Positions 19,530 to 33,156 are shown, counted from the stretch's first letter. The stretch: 64,000 bases of DNA from Candidatus Thermochlorobacter sp. (GCA_046291735.1 JBKBSK010000008.1:32313-96312), one strand, 5' to 3'. Numbers and translations are program-made. Notes: a model not told the origin generated them from the sequence alone.

Positions 19530-20471
19530 TTAGCGAATTTTACGCACATAGTAACAGACGCTGGAGGCGACTTCAGGCGTAACTCCGTGAATAGCTGCCA
19601 GCGAGCCCCAAAACAGCGCTTTCAGCAGCGTAAGCACACCCCCTGCCTTACCTTTCACGGCTGCACAAAGCTGCTCACTTAGCAAAGCATTGTAGTAACT
19701 ATCCAGCGCTAGCCCATGCATATCGACAATAGCAAGACCATGTTTTTTGAGAAGTGCCGCAAAACTTTTCGGTGTGAAGTGATACAGATGACGCGGTGCA
19801 TCAAGTCCAACCCAATACTTGCCATAGTGTGCCGCATCCAGACTATCCAAGTTTGGCATTGCGGTCATAAAAATACCATTTGGCTTGAGCAGCGTATAAA
19901 TTTTATCGAGCGTTTCACTCAAGCGATGAATATGCTCGAGCGTATGCCACATTACGATTAAATCTTTTTGTTCTGCGACATTCACTGTCAGCAGCTCGCC
20001 TTGATAGACATTAAGTTCATTTTCTTCACGCGCATAGTGTGCAGCTTTTTCTGACATCTCAATGCCCATCAAATTCAGTGAGGCAGGGCTTTGCCTCTGC
20101 AGTTCTAAGAGAAAATCGCCTGTTGCACAACCAATTTCGAGCACGTTGTAAGTCTGGTTTGCTTCAAATTTCACACGTTTCAACACTGCACGTGCTTTGT
20201 AGCGCAGTGAAATAAACTGTCGGACGAACTTATAGACTTTGTCTTGCAGCGACGCTGCGCGTTTGAGTGAGATGAAAGGGTCGTAATCCAGCGCCTCGTA
20301 AAATTTTGCAATCTCGCTCTGCGATGGGCGCGGATTGAGCATTGCAAGCCCTGATGCACGCGAGAGCACTACATGCCATTCATCGCCTTTTGAGACCTCA
20401 AAGCGATTCGGCACTTTATAGCGCACCTCAAAGTCTGACGAGTCTGAAATCGGACAAGGCACGTATTCCAT
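19530..20471 (-). CDS. class I SAM-dependent methyltransferase
   Basis: SAM motif I is VLEIGCATGDFLLEL, followed by DLIVMWHTLEHI and LKPNGIF. The function is not assignable. Confidence 0.7.
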   Translation of the reverse strand: MEYVPCPISDSSDFEVRYKVPNRFEVSKGDEWHVVLSRASGLAMLNPRPSQSEIAKFYEALDYDPFISLKRAASLQDKVYKFVRQFISLRYKARAVLKRVKFEANQTYNVLEIGCATGDFLLELQRQSPASLNLMGIEMSEKAAHYAREENELNVYQGELLTVNVAEQKDLIVMWHTLEHIHRLSETLDKIYTLLKPNGIFMTAMPNLDSLDAAHYGKYWVGLDAPRHLYHFTPKSFAALLKKHGLAIVDMHGLALDSYYNALLSEQLCAAVKGKAGGVLTLLKALFWGSLAAIHGVTPEVASSVCYYVRKIR

Positions 20472-20481
20472 GTGAAGACAA

Positions 20482-21372
20482 TCAGGATTGTGCTTCGGTC
20501 AGTTCTAAGAAGGCTTCTTCGAGCGTTTGTCGGCGTGAGGCTAGATGAGACAGTGCAATTCCTCTTTCGAACAAGAAGCGATTGAGTGCAGCAAGATCAT
20601 TATCAGCAAGTTCCACTAACAGCCCGTCTGGTTCTGCGGTTGCAGACACAAATTTATCATACTGGCTAACTGCAGCTTTGAGCGCCGTCATATCCTCTGA
20701 ACGAATGAGTGCAAAGAGATTATTGCTGACAATCTCACGCAAGCTGCCTTGCTTCAAAATTTTGCCTTTTTTGATGATTGCAACGTGCGTGCAGGTTTGC
20801 TCGACTTCGCTCAGCAGATGGCTTGAGAGAAACACCGTTTTGCCAGCGGCAGCAAGCGATTTAATGATGCGACGCACATCACGGATGCCTTCGGGGTCTA
20901 AGCCGTTGGTGGGTTCATCTAAGATGATGAGCTCGGGATTGGATAGTGCTGCGGCAGCAATCGCCAGTCGCTGCTTCATGCCAAGTGAGTAGGTTGAAAA
21001 TTTATCTTTCTGCCGACCTGAAAGCTCGACCAATTCCAGTGCTGCTTGAATTTGCGCCTCTGTTGCGCCTTTGATTTTAGCCACAATGCGAAGGTTATCA
21101 TAACCGCTAAGGTAGGGGTAAAAATTCGGAGTTTCAAGTGTCGCCCCAATGCGACGTCGTGCCGCATTAAGATCGCGTGTCTCAAAGAGCCAAATCTCAC
21201 CGCCTGAAGCATTGATGATGCCGAGCAGCATGCCAATCGTCGTGGTCTTGCCGCTACCATTAGGACCTAAGAATCCGAAGACTTGTCCTTGCTCTACATG
21301 GAAAGTCGCTTCGTCGACCGCACGCACTTTGCCATACATCTTGGTCAGTGCATGTGCCTCAATAATTCGCAT
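20482..21372 (-). CDS. ABC transporter ATP-binding protein (ABC-2/CcmA-like), no adjacent permease
   Basis: It has Walker A GPNGSGKTT, signature YSLGMKQR and Walker B LIILDEPTNGLD, plus a C-terminal accessory domain. I placed the start at ATG 21372 (MRIIEAH...). Confidence 0.85.
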   Translation of the reverse strand: MRIIEAHALTKMYGKVRAVDEATFHVEQGQVFGFLGPNGSGKTTTIGMLLGIINASGGEIWLFETRDLNAARRRIGATLETPNFYPYLSGYDNLRIVAKIKGATEAQIQAALELVELSGRQKDKFSTYSLGMKQRLAIAAAALSNPELIILDEPTNGLDPEGIRDVRRIIKSLAAAGKTVFLSSHLLSEVEQTCTHVAIIKKGKILKQGSLREIVSNNLFALIRSEDMTALKAAVSQYDKFVSATAEPDGLLVELADNDLAALNRFLFERGIALSHLASRRQTLEEAFLELTEAQS

Positions 21373-21831
21373 ACAATTGATTTCATCTCTATCTGGAGGC
21401 AATGCAGATGTGCGCGCCTCACTTGGTTTACTTGTTTGGACTTGTTTAGAAAACTTGAGCGCAAAGCTAAAGAAATCTTTCAGAAAAAGCGAGACCGCCG
21501 CTTGGGTAGTAGCACATGCGATGCACTTGCCGCAGGGTCTTATCTATTGCAAATTCAGAAACCGGCATGCACCGATGACTCCTTTTGAATTGTGTCCTGC
21601 ACTTTGCAAACCCTTAAAGCATGATGCTCTTAGCGCGAAAAGTGATGTTGCTTGCCTCGCCGTCACGCCGCTGACTTTTGCCATTTCCATCGTGCGTTAC
21701 CGCTTGGTGGATATTGATTTCATTTTCAACCGTGGCACAGTCTACTGATTGCTTCTTTGCTCCCTTCACAAAGGCAGCATTTTGTGTTATTTTTGCGCCC
21801 AAAAACACTACAACTATTTCGTTCATTTCTG

Positions 21832-23142
21832 ATGATAGACCTTAAACTCATCCGTGAATCCCCCGACACTGTCAAAGCCATGCTTGTTGCAAGGCAGATG
21901 CCCAGCGAAGTCTCAAAAGTCGATGAACTGCTTGCACTTGATCAGCGCCGTCGTGCCATGATTGCTGAAGCCGACTCGCTCAAAGCCTTGCGCAATAAAG
22001 TCTCCGACGAAATTGCTGCTATCAAGAAAAACAAGGGCAATGCTGAAGATAAAATCGCCGAGATGAAAGTTGTGTCGGATAAAATTGCAGCCTTAGATAG
22101 CGAGATTCGCGCCAACGAAGCGGCACAAGAAGCCATTTTGCTTGCGCTTCCGAATCTGTTGCACGAGAGTGTTCCGATTGGCAAAGATGCAAGTGAAAAC
22201 AAAGTCTACAAAGAAGTCTTAGAGCATAAACGCGAGTTTGATTTCCCTGTCAAAGACCACCTGCAACTTGGCAAGGCGCTGGGCATTTTAGATTTTGAGC
22301 GTGGTGCAAAAATTACAGGTGCAGGTTTCCCGGTCTATGTCGGCAAGGGCGCCACACTGGAGCGTGCGCTTATCAATTTCATGCTCGATACGCATATCGC
22401 AAAGCATGGCTACACGGAAATTTTTCCACCGTTCTTTGTCAATCAAGCCTCGCTGCGTGGCACAGGACAATTCCCAAAGTTTGTCGGACAAGTCTATCGT
22501 GTTGGCTACGATGAACAGGAGCGCTACGAAGAAAGTGGATTACAACTTTTTGCAATTCCAACAGCCGAAGTACCTGTTACCAACCTGCACCGTGATGAGA
22601 CACTCAGAGCAAAAGATTTGCCTATCAAATACGTTGCGTATTCAGCCTGTTTTCGCAGTGAGGCGGGCAGTTATGGCAAAGATGTCAAGGGCTTTTTGCG
22701 TGTGCATCAGTTCAATAAAGTTGAACTGGTCAAATTCACCTTGCCTGAATCCTCTTACGACGAACTCGAATCGCTGCGTGCCGATGCGGAAGCTATTTTA
22801 GAGGCTTTGAAGTTGCCCTATCGCGTTTTGCTGCTTTGCTCAGGTGATATTGGCGCAAATGCGGCAAAGTGCTACGACCTTGAAGTATGGTCGCCAGCTG
22901 AACAGCGGTTTTTGGAAGCCTCAAGCTGCTCTAACTTTGAAGCCTATCAAGCTCGCCGCGCCATGATTCGCTTTAAGCGAGATGAAAAATCTAAACCTGA
23001 ATTTGTGCACACGCTCAATGGCTCGGGCTTAGCCACTTCGCGCCTGATGGTCTCGCTGTTAGAAAACTATCAAACCAAAGATGGCAAGGTGATTGTACCC
23101 GAAGTGCTGCGTCCCTACACACATTTTGATGTGATAGACTAA
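21832..23142 (+). CDS. serS: seryl-tRNA synthetase
   Basis: The N-terminus is [18 protein letters not shown] followed by a coiled-coil arm. The class II core shows [26 protein letters not shown] and [22 protein letters not shown] moved the start to ATG 21832. Confidence 0.93.
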   Translation: MIDLKLIRESPDTVKAMLVARQMPSEVSKVDELLALDQRRRAMIAEADSLKALRNKVSDEIAAIKKNKGNAEDKIAEMKVVSDKIAALDSEIRANEAAQEAILLALPNLLHESVPIGKDASENKVYKEVLEHKREFDFPVKDHLQLGKALGILDFERGAKITGAGFPVYVGKGATLERALINFMLDTHIAKHGYTEIFPPFFVNQASLRGTGQFPKFVGQVYRVGYDEQERYEESGLQLFAIPTAEVPVTNLHRDETLRAKDLPIKYVAYSACFRSEAGSYGKDVKGFLRVHQFNKVELVKFTLPESSYDELESLRADAEAILEALKLPYRVLLLCSGDIGANAAKCYDLEVWSPAEQRFLEASSCSNFEAYQARRAMIRFKRDEKSKPEFVHTLNGSGLATSRLMVSLLENYQTKDGKVIVPEVLRPYTHFDVID

Positions 23143-23283
23143 GCATCATCTCGCATCAAAACTATTGTGTTAGGTTTAGTTGGCATTTGCAAAAATTTGT
23201 TTGCCTTGCTTGCAGTTCATGCCGATAAATTGCGTGGAAAGTATTAAATTGTGTGGTCTTTTGTAACATTAGTAGTACGTAGT

Positions 23284-24699
23284 ATGGAAAACGACTCCCG
23301 CTACGCTGTCGCACAACATTCCTTGAGACAAATCTGGCCCTTTGGGCGACAGGCTACTTTATTTCTGCTCTCGATTGCAATAGGGTTTGTTGTAGTTTGG
23401 CTTGCGCCTGCAGATCAACTTGGTAAGCCTGCACTCTACACACTTTTTATGCTCGCTGTTGCTGTCTCGCTTTGGATTACTGAAGCTATACCGCCCTTTG
23501 CTGTCGGCATTTTGATTATGGCTTACCTTGTCTTTGCTATGGGAAGCCTTAAGGCAGAAGGTGAACCTGTTGATGTGATGCAGTATGTCAATACGTGGTC
23601 GAGTCCCGTGATTTGGCTTATGCTTAGTGGCTTTTTCATTTCCGAAGGCATGCGACGCACAGGTTTGGACAGAGTCATTTTTAGTTTTGCGCTCAAATTT
23701 TTTGGCTGCGATGCACCTCGCCTGCTTATGGGCATGATGCTGATGACTGCAGTTCTCTCAGCCATCATGTCAAACACGGCAACCACGGCAATGATGATTG
23801 CTGCGATTCTTCCGTTTCTCAATCGTGCCCAAAAAGAGAATATGCTCTCGAAAGATTTGCTGCTGGGTATTCCTGCTGCAGCATCGTTGGGCGGAATGAT
23901 TACAATCATTGGCTCACCACCGAATGCAATTACTGTCGGGGCGTTGGCAAATAATCACATCCATGTAAGTTTTGCTGAATGGATGCTCTATGGCTTGCCT
24001 ATCGCACTCATTTTTTTGGCAGCATCGTGGTTTTTGCTCTCGCGCTCGCTTGTCAGCCAGACAATTGCAATTAGCATACCGACACCTTCAAGTCAGGAAC
24101 ATGCAAAACTCATGCGCCTGCCTCGCTGGACAGTTGGGCTCACACTTGTCGTCACGCTTTTACTGTGGATGACCTCTACGCTGCACAAAATTCATGTCGC
24201 CGCCGTCGGCGCCATTCCGATTGTCGTGCTAACCATGAGCGGAATTATTCGCGCTAAAGATTTACGCGCCCTAGCTTGGGATAGCTTGATGCTGGTAGCA
24301 GGCGGTCTGGCACTTGGACTTGCTATAGAAAAGTCAGGTCTGGCACAGTATGCCGCCAGTTTCTTACGCCTGCAAAATGTGAATCCTTACTTGATTATTC
24401 TTTTGCTGGGCTATGTTACAACACTTGTTTCAAATGTCATGAGCAATACTGCTGCGGCAAGCGTCTTAATTCCCGTTGGTGCCCTGCTCTCACCTGAATA
24501 TGCCCTTCAAACTGGTATGGTTATCGGGCTGTGCGCTTCAACCGCCCTGCTCTTGCCGGTCTCTACACCACCTAACGCCATTGCTTTTAGCACCGGTCTC
24601 TTGGAACAACACGACTTTCGCCGTCTGGGTGGGTTTCTTGCTCTTTTTGGTCCTCCTGTTATCACGCTTTGGGTTGCGCTGGTTACAACTATGTTCTGA
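23284..24699 (+). CDS. DASS/SLC13-family anion (sulfate/di-tricarboxylate):Na+ symporter
   Basis: It is polytopic, with the duplicated hairpin motifs SNTATTAMM / GSPPNA and SNTAAASVLIP / STPPNAIAF. Confidence 0.8.
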   Translation: MENDSRYAVAQHSLRQIWPFGRQATLFLLSIAIGFVVVWLAPADQLGKPALYTLFMLAVAVSLWITEAIPPFAVGILIMAYLVFAMGSLKAEGEPVDVMQYVNTWSSPVIWLMLSGFFISEGMRRTGLDRVIFSFALKFFGCDAPRLLMGMMLMTAVLSAIMSNTATTAMMIAAILPFLNRAQKENMLSKDLLLGIPAAASLGGMITIIGSPPNAITVGALANNHIHVSFAEWMLYGLPIALIFLAASWFLLSRSLVSQTIAISIPTPSSQEHAKLMRLPRWTVGLTLVVTLLLWMTSTLHKIHVAAVGAIPIVVLTMSGIIRAKDLRALAWDSLMLVAGGLALGLAIEKSGLAQYAASFLRLQNVNPYLIILLLGYVTTLVSNVMSNTAAASVLIPVGALLSPEYALQTGMVIGLCASTALLLPVSTPPNAIAFSTGLLEQHDFRRLGGFLALFGPPVITLWVALVTTMF

Positions 24700-27133
24700 C
24701 CTCAGTCTGTTTGAGCGCACGAAATACCGTCTGCAAAAGTGCTTCAGCACGAAAGGGTTTATTGATTGAGCCTTGAATGCCAACGGTGCTTAACTTTGCG
24801 ACCTTTTCTCCGTCCATTAGCCCCGTCATGATTACCACAGGCACACTTGGCTTGATGGAGCGAATTGCATGCACACAAGCAATACCGTCCATAATCGGCA
24901 TCATGATGTCGGTCAGAACCAGATTAATTTCATTTTGATGCTTTGCAAAGAGTGCCACTGCTTCTGCCCCATTGTTAGCGGTGAGCACTGTGTAGCCCAT
25001 GCTGAGCAGCACCGCATTAGCGACTTCACGCACGCCTACATCATCTTCAACAAGCAAAATGACTTCGCCACAGCCTGCCATGGCTTCAAGTGGTTCTTCT
25101 GTTACCTCCGTTTGCTGGGCTTTTGTTGCAGGGAAGTAGAGCATAAAGGATGTGCCTTGTCCGAATTTGGTCTGCACATCAAGAAATCCGCCGTGGCTGT
25201 TCACTACAGAATAGACGATTGATAACCCCAGTCCTGTGCCTTTGCCGACTTCCTTTGTTGTAAAGAAGGGCTCGAAAATCTTGTCGAGCACGTCGGGCGA
25301 AATTCCTGTGCCCGTATCTGTTACTGTTAGCTGCACATATTCACCTTCTTTTGCCCCAACATAGAGTGCGGCTTGCTTTGCACTGAGCACGACATTCTTG
25401 ACTTCAAGCGTCAGTTTGCCGCCATTCGGCATGGCGTCGCGTGCATTTACGCAGAGGTTCAAGACGGCTTGATAAAGTTTCGTTGAGTCGCCTAAAATCA
25501 TCCAAATTGTCGAAGGCGCTTCAAGTTGAAGCTCAATTTCTTTTGGGAAGGTTTGCGAGATAAAACGGTAGACATCTTTTGCCAGCTGGCTCAGATTCAA
25601 AACTGTCTTTTCACCACTTTCGCCGCGCGCAAAACTTAGAATTTGCCTCATCAATTCTTTGCCACGCTCTGCACTTTGCTCAAGCATAGCTATCCAGCGC
25701 CTTGCTTGTTCGTCAGGATTGTGCTGACGCAGCAAAAGCAAGCCTGCAAGAATTGGCGCCAGCACGTTGTTCATATCGTGTGCAATGCCGCTAGCAAGCA
25801 GTCCGATGCTATCCATGCGCTGATTACGCAGCATCTGACTTTCTAAGTTTTTCTTCTCAGTAATATCCGTATTGACGATGAGCACTTTGTCAGGCTCTCC
25901 ATTCTCATTTGGCACAAGCGCACATCGGCTTTCTACAATGATGACTTTGCCATCTTTCGTGCGCTGACGCAGTTCCCCTGACCACTCCCCTTTTTCAAAC
26001 AAAATTTGCCAGCGCGCATCATCTTCAGCAATATCAGATTCCGAATAAAGGTCGTACTTGATGTTTCTGCCGAGCACTTCTTCTTTTGTCCAGCCGTAAA
26101 TGCGCTTTGCACTTGCATTCCAATAAAGCACTCGGTCTTCAAGATCCTGCAGAATGACTGCATCGTGGGTGATATCTAAAAGCGCAGCTTGCTCACGCAA
26201 TTTTTCTTCCATAATCTTGCGATCGGTAATGTCAATACCTACACATACTGCTGCCTTGCCTTGATGATACTTTTGTGCTACAATCAGATGCTGCATGCGC
26301 CGACCGGCTATTGTTACGGTATCTTCCATAATGCTCCCTTGATACGGCGATTCAAACAGTCGCTTGAGAAAGTCGTGAAATTTTGGATTCAGCATCCCGA
26401 CTTTTTTGCCAATGTATTCTTCTGCTGACTTTCCCAGCACCGAAGCCAAGTATTGATTCAGCCCGAGATACGTGAGATTAGAATCAACCCATGAGACAAA
26501 ACCGGGCACCGCATCTAAAACCGCTTGAAACTGCTCTTTGGCTTCAACCAAATCCTGTTCAGCATACTTACGCTCCAGTGCAATCGAGACCGCCACAGCT
26601 ATCGACTTAAGAAAATTTTGTATCTCCTCATCCCACAGTGCCGATGACCTCACTCTTTGCAAAGCTGCAATGCCGTAAAACCGATTCTTTACCGATATGG
26701 GGATGAGCAACAAAGCTTGCACACCACCTGATGAAGAGAGCATCTGTTCAGCTATCGTCAACTCTTTGACATGGCACATTAGTATCTCGCCTGTGTTGAG
26801 TATTTGTCGAGCTCGTTCAAGTACAGTTTGGTATTGCTCAATTTGCAAGTTGAGGTTCTGCCATTGCGTTTGCATTTCCATACCCTCAGCACACCATTCA
26901 GCAATGACACTTAGAGCCTGGCTGACACTTTCATTCGGATAATATTGGAACACGGTGATGCGATCAACTTCCGCAAGTTCTGCACACAGTTTGAGTAGAG
27001 GCTGGCAAGTTCTTCGGTTCAGATCACGCTCCATAAGCAAAAAGCGTTCAATTTCAATCATTGTCATGAGTTGCCGCTCTCGACTCGCTGTATCTGTGAA
27101 TGAAGTAGACGGGCTCGTAGATGAAGGTATCAT
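24689..27133 (-). CDS. hybrid sensor histidine kinase/response regulator (GAF-PAS-PAS-HisKA-HATPase-REC)
   Basis: It has an H-box [12 protein letters not shown] and a G2 box [13 protein letters not shown]. The C-terminal receiver shows ILLVEDD...[13 protein letters not shown]...INKPF. No TM segment is apparent. The 3' end overlaps the convergent DASS gene by 11 nt. Confidence 0.88.
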   Translation of the reverse strand: MIPSSTSPSTSFTDTASRERQLMTMIEIERFLLMERDLNRRTCQPLLKLCAELAEVDRITVFQYYPNESVSQALSVIAEWCAEGMEMQTQWQNLNLQIEQYQTVLERARQILNTGEILMCHVKELTIAEQMLSSSGGVQALLLIPISVKNRFYGIAALQRVRSSALWDEEIQNFLKSIAVAVSIALERKYAEQDLVEAKEQFQAVLDAVPGFVSWVDSNLTYLGLNQYLASVLGKSAEEYIGKKVGMLNPKFHDFLKRLFESPYQGSIMEDTVTIAGRRMQHLIVAQKYHQGKAAVCVGIDITDRKIMEEKLREQAALLDITHDAVILQDLEDRVLYWNASAKRIYGWTKEEVLGRNIKYDLYSESDIAEDDARWQILFEKGEWSGELRQRTKDGKVIIVESRCALVPNENGEPDKVLIVNTDITEKKNLESQMLRNQRMDSIGLLASGIAHDMNNVLAPILAGLLLLRQHNPDEQARRWIAMLEQSAERGKELMRQILSFARGESGEKTVLNLSQLAKDVYRFISQTFPKEIELQLEAPSTIWMILGDSTKLYQAVLNLCVNARDAMPNGGKLTLEVKNVVLSAKQAALYVGAKEGEYVQLTVTDTGTGISPDVLDKIFEPFFTTKEVGKGTGLGLSIVYSVVNSHGGFLDVQTKFGQGTSFMLYFPATKAQQTEVTEEPLEAMAGCGEVILLVEDDVGVREVANAVLLSMGYTVLTANNGAEAVALFAKHQNEINLVLTDIMMPIMDGIACVHAIRSIKPSVPVVIMTGLMDGEKVAKLSTVGIQGSINKPFRAEALLQTVFRALKQTEVRT

Positions 27134-27282
27134 ATCTGAATTATAGATTTATTTTAGTCAACCTATTACTCTTGCTTGTTAAGCAGTTTGCGCTATATCA
27201 CATCCAGCCTATACAGCACCGCACAAAAAAAATTCACATCAGGCTTGCATTCAAACGCTTTTTAGATTATCTTCTACCTTAT

Positions 27283-27297
27283 TAGTAATCGTTACTA
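27283..27297. promoter_or_regulatory. perfect 6-3-6 palindrome TAGTAA-TCG-TTACTA in the AT-rich region upstream of katG (candidate Fur/PerR-family operator)
   Basis: The palindrome is read directly from the sequence, ~110 nt upstream of the katG ATG (27406). The AT-rich inverted repeat is of the type used by Fur-family peroxide regulators. The assignment is inference only. Confidence 0.3.
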
Positions 27298-27330
27298 TTA
27301 TTGCCGCCATCTTTTTTTTCAGTTATTTGA

Positions 27331-29655
<2,325 letters not shown>

Positions 29656-29711
29656 GCTAAGCTCCGTCTTTGCTTGTATGAGCAAGTGATGACTTCGTGC
29701 TCTTACACAGC

Positions 29712-29745
29712 AAAAAAGGCAGTCTGAAGAGACTGCCTTTTTTTT
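29712..29745. terminator. bidirectional rho-independent terminator between katG and ggt
   Basis: The sequence is AAAAAA-GGCAGTCT-gaag-AGACTGCC-TTTTTTTT. A and T runs on both sides serve both convergent genes. Confidence 0.85.
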
Positions 29746-29762
29746 GCTTTTAGCATGAGTCG

Positions 29763-31490
29763 TTAAAATCCTACTGCCGCATCTTCATTTCTGGGGTCTG
29801 CACCGCCATAAAGCAAGCCATCTGCACCGACCATAATCGCATCGACAGCACCAAAGTAACCGGGCAATTCTCGCAACTTCCAGCCTCGTCGTTCAAGGGC
29901 GCGGATTACATCTTTGCGCAGTGCATCTTTTTCATAGCGCATGTCGTCAGGTTGCCATTGATGATGAATGCGTTTTGCACTGACTGCTTCTTGAATGTTC
30001 ATTCCGAAATCAATCACATTTGTAATGACTTGAAAGACTTGTGTGATAATGGTCGAGCCGCCGGGTGTGCCCAGCACCATAAAGAGTTTTCCATCCTTTG
30101 TTAGGATTGTGGGCGACATTGAACTTAGCATTCGCTTCTGCGGTACAATGCTATTAGCTTCGCTGCCCATCAATCCCACATAGCCCTGAATGCCCGGATT
30201 TGCAAAGCCGGGCTTCAAACTAAAATCATCCATTTCGTTATTGAGTAAAAACCCTGCGCCTGTTACGGCAACAAACGACCCAAACCCACCGTTGAGCGTG
30301 GTTGTCGTTGCCACAGCATTTCCTTCAGCGTCCACCACAGAGTAATGTGTCGTTTCAGTGGATTCTGCTGTGAGCATTTTACCGTATGAGATTGCAGAAC
30401 TTGGTGTAATGGTATCTGGCGAGAACGATTTCCAACGCTCTTGCAAGTAGGCTTTGTCCAGCATGGCTTGCACAGGAATTTTGACAAAGTCTGGATCGCC
30501 GAGCAATACTCGATCGGCATAAACGCGTCGCATCGCTTCACCAAAGAGATGAATGGTCTCGGAACTTTGGAAGCCCATCTCTTTTAAGTTGTAAGGCTCA
30601 ACGAATGAAAGCAGTTGAATGAGCCCAATGCCTCCTGCGCTGGGTGGCGACATTGAAGCCACTTCATAGCCACGGTAGCTACCTTTGATAGGCTCTCGCC
30701 ACTTTGGTTCATACTTGTCTAAATCTTCTTGTGAGATTAGTCCGCCGCCGCGTTGCATTTCTGCAATGATGAGTTCTGCGGTCTTACCTTTGTAGAAGCC
30801 ATCGCGCCCTTTATCACGGATGCGTTTGAGCGTTTCTGCTAAGTCCTTCTGCACAAAAAGATCACCTTCTTGCCACTTTTTGCTCGTATCGCCTTTGGTG
30901 AAATACTTGCGTGAGCCTTCAAAGCGAGCAAAGAGTGCGGCAAATCGATTGAGCTGTTCAGCTTTGAAGCGTGTGAGCGGAAAGCCCTTTTCAGCAAGGT
31001 CAATTGCCGGCTGCACTACCATTTTGAAAGGCAGTTTGCCAAATCGCCGGTGCGCTTCCACAATGCCTGCCACAGTGCCGGGGACGCCTACCGCCAAGTG
31101 TCCAATTTTACTTTTGTCGGGCAACGGATTACCTGCGCTGTCCAGATACATGGTGCGTGTGGCTTTCAGCGGGGCTTTTTCACGATAGTCCAGCGCATAG
31201 ACTTCTCCGTTTGCTAAGCGAATGAGCATAAACCCGCCTCCGCCAAGATTTCCAGCAATCGGGTGCGTAACAGCAAGCGCCAGTTCAGTTGCCACTGCGG
31301 CATCAATGGCATTGCCGCCTTTTTTGAGCATCGCAATACCCGCTTCTGAGGCAAGTCTCTGCGCCGATACCACCATCGCCTTTTGCGCAACAGTTGGACG
31401 CATCTGCGCTATGAGCCTCTCGCTTAGCATCAAAAACACTGTGCAAAAGAAAATGAATGGCAAGACAAGATGTGATAACATCGCTTTCAT
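29763..31490 (-). CDS. ggt: gamma-glutamyltransferase
   Basis: It has a signal peptide and the autoprocessing/nucleophile site ..STETTHYSVVDAEGNAVATTTTLNGGFGS. GTPGGSTIIT is also present. I placed the start at ATG 31490; the ORF-track GTG at 31535 is possible. Confidence 0.92.
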   Translation of the reverse strand: MKAMLSHLVLPFIFFCTVFLMLSERLIAQMRPTVAQKAMVVSAQRLASEAGIAMLKKGGNAIDAAVATELALAVTHPIAGNLGGGGFMLIRLANGEVYALDYREKAPLKATRTMYLDSAGNPLPDKSKIGHLAVGVPGTVAGIVEAHRRFGKLPFKMVVQPAIDLAEKGFPLTRFKAEQLNRFAALFARFEGSRKYFTKGDTSKKWQEGDLFVQKDLAETLKRIRDKGRDGFYKGKTAELIIAEMQRGGGLISQEDLDKYEPKWREPIKGSYRGYEVASMSPPSAGGIGLIQLLSFVEPYNLKEMGFQSSETIHLFGEAMRRVYADRVLLGDPDFVKIPVQAMLDKAYLQERWKSFSPDTITPSSAISYGKMLTAESTETTHYSVVDAEGNAVATTTTLNGGFGSFVAVTGAGFLLNNEMDDFSLKPGFANPGIQGYVGLMGSEANSIVPQKRMLSSMSPTILTKDGKLFMVLGTPGGSTIITQVFQVITNVIDFGMNIQEAVSAKRIHHQWQPDDMRYEKDALRKDVIRALERRGWKLRELPGYFGAVDAIMVGADGLLYGGADPRNEDAAVGF

Positions 31491-31624
31491 TCTATTATTT
31501 GTTGTCTGGTGTTGTTGCAAAGTTGTTCTGCGCACAAACTACGACTTGTTTTTGCCTTCGGCAAGTTTAATTGCATTTTGATTTCGCCACAGAAATCTGC
31601 AATTTCGTTAAAAATGAACAGTGT

Positions 31625-32056
31625 ATGACCACAGTCAAGAAGTTTGGTATCATTGGCGGCGTTTCTTTCCTTGTGCTCTTTCTGCTCGTCTTTCTTTTTC
31701 TTTATCATGGCACATACAGCAAAGGTGAGCGTGGCGGTGTGGTTGTCAAAATCACTGAGAAGGGCTACATTTTCAAGACGTTTGAAGGACAGCTAAACAC
31801 ACTGATTCCAGGCGCAGTTGGGAGTACGCAGCAAAATATGTTTTACTTTTCAGTCGAGCGTGATCGACAAGATGTTATCAAAGCCTTAAAAGAAGCGGCA
31901 CTCACAGGTGAGCGAGTTGGTTTGGAATACGAAGAAAAATATGTTCAATTCTTTTGGCGTGGCGACACCAAGTATTTTGTCACCGCCGTCAAACGCGCAA
32001 ACGCACCGCCTGCCTTGCCGCCAACCCTGCCGAGTCAACCGAGTGCTCCGCAGTAA
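31625..32056 (+). CDS. hypothetical membrane-anchored protein with a Pro-rich C-terminus
   Basis: It has an N-terminal TM segment (GGVSFLVLFLLVFLFLY), a ~100-aa soluble domain and a C-terminal APPALPPTLPSQPSAPQ. I do not recognise a family. The coding call rests on ORF length and position. Confidence 0.5.
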   Translation: MTTVKKFGIIGGVSFLVLFLLVFLFLYHGTYSKGERGGVVVKITEKGYIFKTFEGQLNTLIPGAVGSTQQNMFYFSVERDRQDVIKALKEAALTGERVGLEYEEKYVQFFWRGDTKYFVTAVKRANAPPALPPTLPSQPSAPQ

Positions 32057-32098
32057 ATCGTGCTATACTTTGCCAAAACTAACTTTTTGGAAGTAACT

Positions 32099-33124
32099 AT
32101 GACGCCGCAAATCTGCACTGACGCTTCACCCACAGAAAAATTTTTGCTCTATGAGCGTGAAATCGCCGCACGCTTACAGAGTCGTAACTTACGCACACAG
32201 CGCTATGCGCGCTATGAACAAGCGCTCATTCAAAAAAGTCATTTTGTTCGGCTCAATGGTGCAGTGCATCACTATCACGATTCCCATCCAGATGCGCCAG
32301 CAGATATGCCTACCATCATTTTGATTCACGGCTGGGATTGCTGGTGGATGTGGTGGCATGAGGTTATCGCCTATCTCAATCAAAGCGGCGTACGCACTAT
32401 TGCTTATGACCTCAAAGGACATGGCTGGTCTGACGAAGGCGAAGACTACTCTCTCTCTGCGCTCTCGCTTGATTTGCATGCATTGGTGCAACATCTCGGC
32501 TTGAAGCGCTATCACATTGCTGCCTTCTCGCTAGGTTCATTCGTTGCACTCAATTATGCACAGCGCTTCGAAGATGAGATTAGCTCGCTGACTTTTTTCA
32601 ACTTTGGCATCTTTCCAAACAGCGCACAGCTCGAGAAAATCATTCCAACTGCTATCCCCTTCATCTTTGATAAAATTCTGCGCAAGATTAAAATCTGGTG
32701 GCTCATTTACGCCTATGCTCGGCTTACGCTGGCGCGCAACCATACCAGCAAAGAAAACATCTTGGTTGGAGTCAATAGCTTGCGCTTCATTTCTGGCAAG
32801 GCTATCCGTGAGACGGCAAAAGCCTTAGCCAAGCGCGAGGTTACCGAGAACTTGCCAAAGCAAATTGCGAATCTTTCCATTCCGGTTTTGCTCGTCGCCG
32901 GCAAAGGCGATCAGGTAGTGAGTTGGAAACACACCAAAGCGCTTTATGAATATGCACGCAATGGGCGCTTCGAACTCATCAAAAAGTGTGGACACCTGAT
33001 TACGCTGGAACTGCCCAAACGCACCGCTGAACTGATTCTTAGTCAGATGCAACTGGCTTCACCTACTTTGAGCACGACACCTTTGCAGAACACTCTCCCC
33101 ACCAGTTCTAAGAAAAACTTGTGA
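32099..33124 (+). CDS. alpha/beta-fold hydrolase
   Basis: It has the oxyanion region IILIHGW, a nucleophile elbow AFSLGS and a late GHLITLE carrying the catalytic His. The substrate is unknown. Confidence 0.75.
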   Translation: MTPQICTDASPTEKFLLYEREIAARLQSRNLRTQRYARYEQALIQKSHFVRLNGAVHHYHDSHPDAPADMPTIILIHGWDCWWMWWHEVIAYLNQSGVRTIAYDLKGHGWSDEGEDYSLSALSLDLHALVQHLGLKRYHIAAFSLGSFVALNYAQRFEDEISSLTFFNFGIFPNSAQLEKIIPTAIPFIFDKILRKIKIWWLIYAYARLTLARNHTSKENILVGVNSLRFISGKAIRETAKALAKREVTENLPKQIANLSIPVLLVAGKGDQVVSWKHTKALYEYARNGRFELIKKCGHLITLELPKRTAELILSQMQLASPTLSTTPLQNTLPTSSKKNL

Positions 33125-33156
33125 GGCGCCCGATACCTTGCTCCTTTCACCCGAAA

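Noticed and set aside
24689-24699. An 11-bp overlap of the 3' ends of the convergent DASS transporter and hybrid kinase genes.
   Set aside because: Short convergent stop-region overlaps are common in compact genomes. I saw no associated structure or evidence of antisense regulation.
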